This document shows positions 9,270-18,800 of a DNA stretch of 64,000 nucleotides, piece after piece. Below the pieces are notes generated by a model. The model searched no databases and was not told the DNA's origin. It saw nothing but the letters and a program-made list of their open reading frames with translations. Position 1 is the stretch's first letter. Each line of letters starts with the position of its first letter. Source of the stretch: a virus (Duplodnaviria > Caudoviricetes); the IMG/VR virus record IMGVR_UViG_3300024348_000028, positions 1,844 through 65,843 of that record. The stretch is one strand, 5' to 3'. Made by a program: the position numbers and the translations under genes.

Positions 9270-9295
9270 CCCTATCAGTAGCCCCAACTTTAGGG
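9270..9295 (-). promoter_or_regulatory. candidate phage-RNAP promoter (CCCTAAAGTTGGGGCTACTGATAGGG)
   Basis: repeat of the 2350 motif; ends in ATAGGG like T7-type start sites; directly upstream of the tRNA cluster. Confidence 0.45.
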
Positions 9296-9783
9296 ATAGA
9301 AACCAATCAGATTACCGTCTTTATTCTCAAGCCAAGCCTTAAAATTAAAAGCGTCTGACTCATCTTCAAAGGCATCAATAACCTCGACATTATTCGAACC
9401 GTTACCATAAGAACGGCGGACCTCATACCATCCAGTATTAACCTTCATAACATAGTAATTAATCATTGATCATTTCCTTCATGTCAAACATAAAATCTTC
9501 GGGGGACTTACCAAGAAGATAATAGTGGTGCGGCATAAACTGAGCAACATCTTCCCAAACAAGAGCATCATCAAGTAACATCATATCTAGACGATGAACC
9601 CAATCAACATACTTGATATCCATCATCTGAACCTTCTTCCTTAAAAGCATTAAGCAAATTAAAATATGCCTCTCCCCTTTCAGTTACACTATAATAATCA
9701 ACACCATCCTCATCCCAACTAACAGAAACAAGATCATTAATAACAAGCCAATCAAGAGCATCATTAAGTTCAGCTTCAGACAT

Positions 9784-10170
9784 TTACCACCATCCTCTCA
9801 GATGAAGATTGTTATCAAGACAAACATTAAAAAACTTAAGAAGGTTACGAACCTCATCAACAGTATGAGCATAATCAATCTGCTTTGTATTATAAAACAG
9901 TTCATTCAGAAGTTCCTGTGCTTTAGTATCATCAGGATTCTCAGTAAAGAACAAGGCAAACTGATCAGCAAGTTTACGAAGATCGTCAAAAGGAATAACC
10001 TGTTGATAAAGAGTAACCTCATCACCAGTCATCCATTGAACAAGAGACTCGTAGACCTTACCACGAAAACTAGTAGTATCGGTATGCAACATACCACCAC
10101 AAAGCTTAATCCCAGCAAACAACTCGGGATCAGCATTCTTGGTTTCCATTGCATAGATATCAAGACCCAC
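9784..10170 (-). CDS. hypothetical phage protein (GTG start, MGLDIYA...)
   Basis: MGLD...SFRGKVY...WW pattern; GGAG RBS. Confidence 0.65.
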   Translation of the reverse strand: MGLDIYAMETKNADPELFAGIKLCGGMLHTDTTSFRGKVYESLVQWMTGDEVTLYQQVIPFDDLRKLADQFALFFTENPDDTKAQELLNELFYNTKQIDYAHTVDEVRNLLKFFNVCLDNNLHLRGWW

Positions 10171-10363
10171 TATAGTTCTCCCAAAAATATTGGTACAGTT
10201 CATTACCAAACTCATCATCTTCTGTCGGCTCAATATGAGAGCCATAGATATCCTCAATGTGATCAATCTCAACATGAGGAGCACCATCAGGGTCTTCAAT
10301 ATGACTCAGGTGAGCAACATACTCATCACCCATATATTCAAACTTATATTGACTGTTATCCAT
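10160..10363 (-). CDS. acidic hypothetical protein
   Basis: overlap-coupled early ORF. Confidence 0.55.
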   Translation of the reverse strand: MDNSQYKFEYMGDEYVAHLSHIEDPDGAPHVEIDHIEDIYGSHIEPTEDDEFGNELYQYFWENYSGS

Positions 10364-10565
10364 TCTTAATCTTCCTTGAAAAGTCTGCCTTCCATTGGTC
10401 CGCAATGCTAGGATACTGAATATTATTACGCATGATAGGAGCATACACATCCAACTTACCATCAAAGTGATCCTTCTGTGTCTGATTCCACGAATCATAC
10501 AGATCACCCCAACGATAGTGCTTACCATTCAACTTCTTATTAGCCTTCAACTTAAGCAGTCCCAT
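10356..10565 (-). CDS. hypothetical protein
   Basis: AAGGAG RBS, coupled ORF. Confidence 0.55.
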   Translation of the reverse strand: MGLLKLKANKKLNGKHYRWGDLYDSWNQTQKDHFDGKLDVYAPIMRNNIQYPSIADQWKADFSRKIKNG

Positions 10566-10797
10566 CGGTATTCTCCTTATATTGCTTGAGATCATACTCC
10601 AACTTATGAATTTTATCAAGTGCAACTTCAAGGTTACGCTTATAGAAATCAATAGAGTCTAGAATATTTGACAAGCATCCAACATACTCTTCTCCAACAC
10701 CATTAATACCATAAACCTTACGGAATACAGCAGGATTAACATTTCGTGGATTGTCATTAGAAAGACTATTAAACACATGGTATTCAAACAAGAGCAT
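10552..10797 (-). CDS. hypothetical protein
   Basis: AAGGA RBS, coupled ORF. Confidence 0.55.
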   Translation of the reverse strand: MLLFEYHVFNSLSNDNPRNVNPAVFRKVYGINGVGEEYVGCLSNILDSIDFYKRNLEVALDKIHKLEYDLKQYKENTDGTA

Positions 10798-11146
10798 AGA
10801 TATCCTTTGTATTGATCTTAGATTCTGCCGAGAACATAACAGCAACTTCAGTATAAGTAACCATAACAGATTCCTGACCAAGTTGCTTACAAAGTGTATT
10901 GATTAGAGCCTGAACACAAGCATCAACTTCTTCCTGTTTGTCATAGGTAATACTAACCTTCCACCATTCATCACATTGAACCTTGGTGTCACTCATCTTA
11001 TAGAATCCCTGTCCTTCAACAACAGAACATCCACCAAAGTGAGTAGACACATACCAAACAAAGGTTTCAAAGATAGACTGAGCAACATCAGTCTTAGCAT
11101 ACTGATTGTCATGCTTAGGAATAATCACACTAGTTTCAGTCGGCAT
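10784..11146 (-). CDS. putative SAM-lyase-like / DUF3574-like (PII-like fold) early protein
   Basis: FGG.SVVEGQGFYK...DE...LGQESVMV pattern; AAGGAG RBS. Confidence 0.5.
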   Translation of the reverse strand: MPTETSVIIPKHDNQYAKTDVAQSIFETFVWYVSTHFGGCSVVEGQGFYKMSDTKVQCDEWWKVSITYDKQEEVDACVQALINTLCKQLGQESVMVTYTEVAVMFSAESKINTKDIYALV

Positions 11147-11651
11147 TCTCAATCTCCTTTACTTCATAGAAACCATCATCATTTTCAACAAGTTCATACT
11201 CACCATCATCAAACATCTCTTGAATACCAAACATCTCAACCAACTCAGCAGGAATAGGTTCATTATTGATCTCATACGATTCCTCGTAGATACCATCAAG
11301 ATCAGTACCGTACTTACCAACAAAACCCATACCGGGTTCATAGAAGTAAGCAGTAATATACCAACCATCCTGAATCATAGCCGCATAAACATTCTCAGGA
11401 GGACACCAAGCAGACTCAAAAGAAATCTCAAGATAATCATTACCAGTCCTACCATCAGGGAACTTCATCCAAGAAATACCAGATGCTTCCCACTTGGTAG
11501 ACCACTTATCAATAGCCTTGTTATATTCCCATTCACCGATAGGAATAATATGCTCAAAGAACATATCAAGAACAAGAGCATCCCTAAGACCATTAATCTT
11601 ATTAGGATCAGAGTGCTTTGCAACAACAGTATTCATACACCAATTAGGCAT
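11136..11651 (-). CDS. DUF1281/YubB ferredoxin-like phage protein
   Basis: MPNWC.N, WSTKW, FESAWCPP, YEPGMGFVG motifs. Confidence 0.8.
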   Translation of the reverse strand: MPNWCMNTVVAKHSDPNKINGLRDALVLDMFFEHIIPIGEWEYNKAIDKWSTKWEASGISWMKFPDGRTGNDYLEISFESAWCPPENVYAAMIQDGWYITAYFYEPGMGFVGKYGTDLDGIYEESYEINNEPIPAELVEMFGIQEMFDDGEYELVENDDGFYEVKEIENAD

Positions 11652-11856
11652 TTGCGTTATCTCCAAGATAGGGTTCAAGATCATCACGGTGAACACACAC
11701 AACATCAGCACCAACAACACCAAACATTGCTTGCATTGCTGCACGATTAGCGTCATACTTAGTATCGTGATAACTGAGAGTACGCCACTTGCGATCATCA
11801 GCAGTACGATACACTACCCACCAATCCATATAAGTATTAGGTGCACTAGTTTCCAT
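11644..11856 (-). CDS. hypothetical protein
   Basis: GAGGA RBS, coupled ORF. Confidence 0.55.
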   Translation of the reverse strand: METSAPNTYMDWWVVYRTADDRKWRTLSYHDTKYDANRAAMQAMFGVVGADVVCVHRDDLEPYLGDNANA

Positions 11857-11951
11857 TTAGATTCCTCTTATCCTTGTAATAAAGAAACAAGATCACGGGG
11901 GACAGTACACAAAGAACAATAACCTTTATGTACCAACTGATAATAACAAAC

Positions 11952-12221
11952 TCATCCATTGTTAGTTTGTCCGTCATTATTGACATAATCACATTGTACA
12001 TAATCACATTGTGTAACCATGTCATAATATAGCGCACTAACACAAGACATTTTAGAAGTAAGCATAATCATTTTTGAGTTATAATGAAACTCATCATCTA
12101 CTACTTCTCTTTCAAATTCAACTTTCTTTATATCATCTGCAAGACTAATCATTTTATCTCGCAAACAAGCAAGAACAGTTTCAAATTGTTCCCCACTAAG
12201 TGTAGTTTCACGATTCTTCAT
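11952..12221 (-). CDS. hypothetical protein
   Basis: AAGGA RBS. Confidence 0.55.
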   Translation of the reverse strand: MKNRETTLSGEQFETVLACLRDKMISLADDIKKVEFEREVVDDEFHYNSKMIMLTSKMSCVSALYYDMVTQCDYVQCDYVNNDGQTNNG

Positions 12222-12348
12222 TTGATTCCTTTGCTTGAATAATAGCGATTATTGCTTGCTCCAACACACACAACAAATCACAACATCCCGCATAACATTT
12301 ACAAGACTTTTGTTCTTCCATTATAGTCCTCCTAAAAAAAGAAAAGAA

Positions 12349-12502
12349 CAGAGTAAGTTCAATCGTGGGGTGGAATCGAACCACCCAATGCTTATAATTT
12401 GTTACAGCAAACTAGGAAAGTAATCTTGGTATTATTCTAGTGTCTGTAAACACTAGCGATTATTTCCAGCATTTCATCTCCGACACGATTGAAGATACTC
12501 TG
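12349..12502 (-). ncRNA. structured RNA candidate with tRNA-like acceptor and T-arm domain
   Basis: terminal stem CAGAGTA..TTCAATCGTG / CACGATTGAA..TACTCTG stacked on GGGTGG-TTCGATT-CCACCC; internal helices AATGCT/AGCATT, GGAAATAATC/GATTACTTTCC, CTAGTGT/ACACTAG, TAGTTTG/CAAATTA. Confidence 0.55.
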
Positions 12503-12671
12503 CAAGTGTATCGTAGGGGATTCTCCCGAAAGAGAATCCCGTGGCGAACCACTTGCCTACCTAGGTTATGGACTGCAAGTATACCTAGTACCCTACATGT
12601 GTCTCCTTTGTATAGGTGTAGTTGCTATACAACATATGTGGTTATCTAATAGGCTACCACGCGAAATGCCT

Positions 12672-13986
12672 AAAGATATCCATAAGATATTTCACCTATG
12701 GATACCCGATCTGTTCCTATATATTATTCAGATGGAACAACTCTGGTATGCACTACTCTGCATAACTGAGTTGACAATAGTTATTGTATTGTTGCCTTGG
12801 GTTATCATCCTGCTGCAACCGCAGAAATGAATCACCAATACAACAACCATCATCAATAAGACTCCAATAGTATCAGTCAATACTATTGGACGCACTATGC
12901 CTAACTTCTATTTATACTCGCATAGTCGAGTTGTTAGAAACATTCCCATGATATTATATTTCTACCATGAGAATGTAGAGAGTTACGTGACAACTCACAA
13001 GAAACACTCCCATGATATTTCTACCATGAGAATGCGGGAGAGATCAGTTATCCAAGTTTGTTTACATTGTGCAATGCAACACAAGTAATAACAATACAAG
13101 TAACAACAACTAAAGCAATTGCAAGAAGCTCAAACATTCTCAAACCTCTGAACCTTCTTCATCAGAGCACGATTCAACATCTGCTCGATTTCAAGACTTG
13201 CCTGCAAATCCTTAACAGTATCCTGCAAAGACTTGACAGTATAGCGAAGTTCCTTCAACTCAGTATCAGTCAGATCAACACCTGCAATGTCCTTCCAGTT
13301 CATACTGTTTTCCTTTATAGTTTCAGGTTCAATAACCTTGGGGTCATACCAACGCTCACCACAACACTCACAGAAATCTGTACTAAACCATTCTTGCTTC
13401 TTTAGTTCAGCCCAAGCATCATCTACAGATTCAGCACGAACAACAAACTCAACCGGGCCTTCATAATAGCCGCCGCTATTGTTCTGAACAAACTTATAGG
13501 TGTTCATGTGCAAACCTTTCCCGGCATAGCCGGATAAGAGAGTGTGGTTTATGTCTACAGTTATTCCATAAGGAATAGTTAGAGTCCTTACACAAGACCC
13601 AACATTACAAGGTTCACCACAAACCCTAGTTACTTCTACAATCCCAAGGCACACAAAGAGGGTGCTACTTGTTGCAGAGATAGTAACTATTCAACTAAAA
13701 GATATCCATAGGATATTTCACCCATGAATACCAATATCAGGGAGGATTCTCTGGTTTGTCGTATCTGGTGAATAGAGTAACGCGGTCCGTGCATATAAGA
13801 ACCATTGATTATTGAGGGGTCGTTATTTGCACCACATAGCGAGTCTATCCAATACGGGTCGCTTCCACAATCCTGCCTAGTTACTTGGGGTAACAACTCC
13901 TGCCCGTCTATTCTCCAATACTGAAATGGAGGGCATGACCTACAGTACAGGGAAAGATATCCAATGGTTATTCACCAATGGATACC
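12672..13986. repeat. family of five ~35-nt palindromic repeats (12672-12706, 12936-12975, 13000-13034, 13698-13732, 13953-13986)
   Basis: AAAGATATCCA...TTCACC.ATG.ATACC x3 and AGAAACA.TCCCATGATAT...TTCTACCATGAGAATG x2. Confidence 0.75.
13130..13507 (-). CDS. hypothetical protein with QNNSGG...CECCGERW motif and coiled-coil tail (possible internal start MNWKD)
   Basis: AAAGG RBS; Cys cluster typical of a small phage family. Confidence 0.6.
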   Translation of the reverse strand: MNTYKFVQNNSGGYYEGPVEFVVRAESVDDAWAELKKQEWFSTDFCECCGERWYDPKVIEPETIKENSMNWKDIAGVDLTDTELKELRYTVKSLQDTVKDLQASLEIEQMLNRALMKKVQRFENV

Positions 13987-13991
13987 AAAGA

Positions 13992-14162
13992 TTACTTTAG
14001 TACCCAAGAAACAAGCCGACCAGTCTGGATATCAATAATGGTGATATCCTTACGGCTTTTGAGACTCCTGATAACTTTCAGGCAATCATCATAAGAACCG
14101 CAAAACAAGGTCTTATCAACATAACAACCATTGATAAAACGAATCACTGAAAACTGTTCCAT
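13992..14162 (-). CDS. small early hypothetical protein (56 aa, MEQFSVIRF...)
   Basis: manual translation; AAAGGA RBS. Confidence 0.55.
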   Translation of the reverse strand: MEQFSVIRFINGCYVDKTLFCGSYDDCLKVIRSLKSRKDITIIDIQTGRLVSWVLK

Positions 14163-14174
14163 GTTGGATTCCTT

Positions 14175-14399
14175 TCAGCGAATCACAATCATCTTATCCT
14201 TCGCATTCCACGACACAGGGGCCGCCTTGTCGATCAGGCGGATAGCCAATACCACACGCTTGCCGCTCACCTCATTAGGCTGTACACCATACTTGACAGA
14301 CAGGAAGGATCGAACGCGGGTAATAAACTCCGCGATACCCTTGCGACTACCGGACAGACTCACCCATTCCTTGCGCCAGTCGATACGATGGTGATCCAT
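14175..14399 (-). CDS. early hypothetical protein (MDHHRIDW...)
   Basis: GGAG RBS; GC-rich codons. Confidence 0.6.
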   Translation of the reverse strand: MDHHRIDWRKEWVSLSGSRKGIAEFITRVRSFLSVKYGVQPNEVSGKRVVLAIRLIDKAAPVSWNAKDKMIVIR

Positions 14400-14469
14400 A
14401 GTGTCTCCATTTCTCCCATGAAAGGGATAAACCCCGGTATTACTACCGGGGAGAATCCATGCCATTGGA

Positions 14470-14754
14470 TTAGAGGCCAAGGTCGATAGACACAGACATA
14501 GCCTCGGCCAACTTGCGGGCATTGCGAGTATCGGCATTCTCCACACTAGCGGGAATCGAAGCCTCCACGAAAGTCTGCCACACAATCTGATTCGTGGTGA
14601 TCGTGCAGCCGAACAGAGATTCAATCTTGCCACGAATCACGGTAGCGTTGCGCTTACCCTTGTTCGACAGAATCCCAGCCTTCACCAGCGCATTGAACAC
14701 CTTCACGACACAGGCACGCTGATCGGCAATCGACAGACTGTTCCACTTGTTCAT
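14470..14754 (-). CDS. probable first early gene, hypothetical (MNKWNSLS...)
   Basis: AAGGA RBS; GC-rich codons. Confidence 0.6.
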   Translation of the reverse strand: MNKWNSLSIADQRACVVKVFNALVKAGILSNKGKRNATVIRGKIESLFGCTITTNQIVWQTFVEASIPASVENADTRNARKLAEAMSVSIDLGL

Positions 14755-14799
14755 TCGGAATCCTTGCCCATTCCGGGCGGTTATAGTAACCCTATGCAC

Positions 14800-15540
14800 C
14801 AGACCATCTGATGCATGGGATTCGATACCCTACCATAGCAGGATACCGAATCCCCCCCGAACGGGTTGCCAAGGATTCCTGATATTCACGCTGTATCTTT
14901 CGGGAACCATGCGGGTGCATGGACTCGGTACTCGACCATCGCTAGAAAAGAGCAGGAATCCACCCATTCGGGGAGGATCGGAAATAGATTGATTAGCCGT
15001 AGAATTGCATGGTAGCGGATTACACCGATACATTACCATGCACGCCCATTTCGGGCGGCCTTGACCGATCCACACACACTAGCGGACCCCCGATCATGCA
15101 GGGACCATTGCGCCTTCCGGGCACTAGTGGCAGAACCTCGGCCAACCATCCAATCGCGTGGATGGAGAAACCGCGTAGGCGATACCCTCGACCTCGCATC
15201 GTGTGCATCACGCAGGGGATAACTGTTACCTTGTTGCCGCCCAACTAGCGCGGAGTCCAACATAGAGTACTGGTTTCACCACCCATGATGCCCTTGCGGG
15301 TCATTAGAGATCGTTGAATGTCGCATTTGCGCCCCACCCCCGCACAACTCGGGGGACACCCCATCATAGCGGATACCCAATTCCCCACTAACCCATTCCG
15401 GGTGTTTGTCGTTATCGGCCCCGTGGGTGTAGGCCGTCCGATAACCTGCACAGGGCCGTGTCCGATAACGCGAGGGGGGCACGGGGGGACGCGCGCGGGG
15501 GATTTAGGGGGATACCCTCTTATAAATTTTTGACCCCTAA
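14800..15540. other. GC-rich non-coding region, probable genome terminus/junction
   Basis: lies between the last late gene/tRNA and the first early gene; sharp GC-to-AT switch near 15520; short repeats and G-runs. Confidence 0.55.
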
Positions 15541-15554
15541 GCCGATTTTCCAAA

Positions 15555-15627
15555 CTCTCCCAGATGGACTTGAACCAACGACCCGAGAGTTAACAGCTCT
15601 CTGCTCTACCGACTGAGCTATAGGAGA
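15555..15627 (-). tRNA. tRNA-Asn(GTT)
   Basis: TCTCCTA/TGGGAGA acceptor, TAGCTCAGTCGGTAGAGC, GAGAG-CTGTTAA-CTCTC. Confidence 0.92.
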
Positions 15628-15783
15628 ATGTACCCCACAGGTATCTGGGGCTACCGTAGGGGATTGTATTATTCAATTTATATCGAAATCGACCGGGATC
15701 ATAGTGTAGTGTTATTTTGTATTGATTACAATGAATCCCCTTAGATCCCTTTCGGGAACTAAAGGTATAAATACAAATATTTT

Positions 15784-15844
15784 AAAAACTATAGAATTCC
15801 CATAGGAGTATCTTAAGGATACCCCTATGGGAAATATCTATAGC
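15784..15844 (-). terminator. long hairpin followed by a T-run after the giant gene (terminator or RNase III site)
   Basis: CTATAGA..TTCCCATAGGGGTATC-CTTAA-GATACTCCTATGGGAA.TCTATAG then TTTTT. Confidence 0.6.
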
Positions 15845-15857
15845 TCCAACTATTTGT

Positions 15858-18800
15858 TTACTGATTATTGGACATGTCTTTCAATAGGTTGGCCAAGTCT
15901 GTAGATACACCTTTATTATTGGTATATGTTATTGGTCTTTGTATTGAATTCTTTCTATCTTGTAAGAACTTGTTGGTTTCTTCTAGGTATCTAGCTCTAT
16001 TATCCTTTAGTTTGTTTTCGATTTCTCTAGACTGAACTGGGACAATATTATGATTACTAGCAACATTCTCAGGTTTATTAATATACTTATTCTTTCCTTT
16101 TTGGATAAGCTTAAGGTATTTATTTAATGAGTTGTTTTCATCAATTACTTCTAGTTCTTGTAATAACCTAGCTGGTACTGCAACTGGGCTTTTATTGAAT
16201 GTAATGTTATAAGGAATAATATCACCGAACTTGGCAATCATTTCTTCCTTAGACATTTCACCACCCTTAGCTAATAATTCCTTACCAGAACCCATTGCCT
16301 TGCTTACATAAGCATTGAGTACACTAAAGGCTGGAGGAGAAACTGGGTTTGAGAATCCCTTGTAGGTTCCTCCAGTTAGTTCTGAGAAGGTAGCTAGCGT
16401 TCCTGAGAATAGGCCGGATAGAGAACCAAAGACTGGGAGTGTACTGGCCATTCTAAATACTGATGTACTTGGGTCTTTTAACTCTTCCTTAATATCTTTA
16501 ACATCTCTGCCATTTAACCAATCTATTATAAGTTCAGACATATATGTTAAAGCTGAGTATAGAATAACTATTTCAGCTAGAACAACTGTTGGTTTCTTTA
16601 GCTGTAGGTTTTCAAGTACACCGCTTTTGAATGATTGTGACCATTGCAATAGCGATCTAATAAATCTACCAATACCAGTTTTAGAGGTAATTGAAATATC
16701 TTTATTTAATCCTCTTGATTCTGAAATTAAACCATCAGTTGAGATCTGTGTTTCAAGTGCGTATACAAAATCACTAAAGGCTTCATCTAATACTTCTTTT
16801 GGAATAGGACCAATGGGGCCAGTCATATAAGCATCTACCTTTGCTTGTAGTGCTGTTAGATTAAAGACTCCATTCTTGTTAGTTCCTGTTTGTTCCATGA
16901 TATACTTTAGTGCCTTTAACTTATCAGCATCTAGTAATCTAAATCTCATAAAAGTTAAAGCATGATCCCAGTTACCACCAAACCCAGCTTCTCTAGCTAG
17001 TTTCTTTTGAAGAGCTGCTAATTGTCTATCTGCCTTTTCTGAAGTAATAGATAATGCTTGTAGTCTTTCTAGTTCTGCTTTATTGGCTGGATTTTCCATT
17101 AATGCCAACAGTCTTAAAGCAGCTCCGCTTACAATATACTTAGCATTTCTTTGTGTAAATCTTCCTAGTGCAAAGTGTTTTGAAATACCAGTAATATACT
17201 TTACTGAACCAACTTCTACACCAAGATTACCTATTGTTTCAAGAGCAGCTGTTAGTTTATTGCTATCTTCTCTTGTCTTAGTCAATCTTTTCCACCAACT
17301 ATCATTTAAAGATGGAACACCTGAAACGGAGTTTGTTTGTAAATATCTATCTTCAATTTCAGAAAGATAACTACGAATTCCGTGTACGGTTAAGAATGCT
17401 TGTTGTTTTAATGCTTCTGATGGTCTTCTATCTAAGAACATCTTAAATACACCAAACGCATTATTTATAGTTTCTTTAATACCAACTTCTGGTAGTGCTG
17501 TAATAACATTGATAAAGGATTCAGCAGTGCTGCGAAGACCCCAACCTTGACCTGATGTTGCTCTTAGAATACCACCAGCAGATCTACTAAGTTGTTCTCC
17601 TGTTTCACCGTATGCAGACATAATGCGGGGATTTCTACCAGCATATTCAGCATAATCTTCAGCTAGTCTTTTCATACCACCTTGAAGATCTTTCTGTAGT
17701 GATTCATTTGATCCAGCCATTCTCATTAGTAGTTTACTGGCTGCATCAAATAGTTCATAGATACGAACACCCTTTACACCAAGCATTCTATCTAGTTCTG
17801 CTTGTACCAATAATTCAAAGCCTCTATGATTAATTAGATTATCATAAGCAGCTAGTGGATTGGTTCTGATAATATCTTTTATTAGAGGACTATTAAATAC
17901 TTCCTTCCAATCAAGATTCTTAACAGCAAATCCTTGATTATCTCCACCCTTACCAAATAATTGTAAGAATGCGTTATCACCCATTTCTGGCTTTTGAATA
18001 TATCTATGGTAATTACCTTCTCTTAATTTAAAGGCTAGTAGTTCTTCCATCATAACTTGAAGAACTGGTTTTGTATTACCAAAGTTAGCCTTCCATTGAT
18101 CTGCAATGTGAGTAGTAACTCCATCTACTGTTTCCATATATCTAGCCAAATCTCTTGGACTTAGATCGTCTACCTTTTCTGGAATAGCGCAGATTACAAT
18201 TTGACCTGTTGCTGGATCTTCATAAGAGAAGAACTTAGTATCAGCTTCTCTTCTAATTTCAGGAATCTTCTTAAGATCAGTACCGGGAGCATATCGTCTA
18301 TTACCAGCCTTAGCCTCTAGTCTTGAAAGAGTATCAGCATCAAAACCAGTCTCTCCAATATGTAGTTGATCTCTACCTTCCTTACCACGGCTTGTTAATG
18401 GGTTTGATTCTGTATCCCATAACCAACCCATAGCAAGCATAATACTACGATCTAATGTTTCATCGTTTCTAATAGTATCTTTTCTTACTCTAACCATTTC
18501 ATCAACGATTTGAGTACGATCATTCTTAGTTACTTTATCACGATCAAATGTTAGTGCAAAGTAGTTTTCAGCTGGAACTGGATTACCAGCGTCATCCTTA
18601 ATACTAATCCATTCAGTAGAATTTTCTAGATCTAGGATGAACTTATTTCTACGAATTGTTTCATCTCTTAGATTCTTTGCTGAAGTAAAGACAGCATCAA
18701 TGTATGCTGGTTGAGCAGATGAGTTAATAGCAAGAACTGCTGTTTGAATATCTGCTCTTTGTAGTGGTCGTTTAGTTGATACTAAAGATTTAACAATTTC

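Noticed and set aside
12936-13034. Mini CRISPR array
   Set aside because: Only two imperfect copies with a short, self-complementary spacer; the other copies are hundreds of nt apart; no cas genes
13687-13896. tmRNA tag reading frame (GCAAATAACGAC = ANND)
   Set aside because: No upstream resume context, no ALAA-type end, and not enclosed by tmRNA acceptor ends
14747-15553. Multiple overlapping ORFs on both strands in the GC-rich block
   Set aside because: Expected by chance in high-GC sequence; no RBS or protein-like composition
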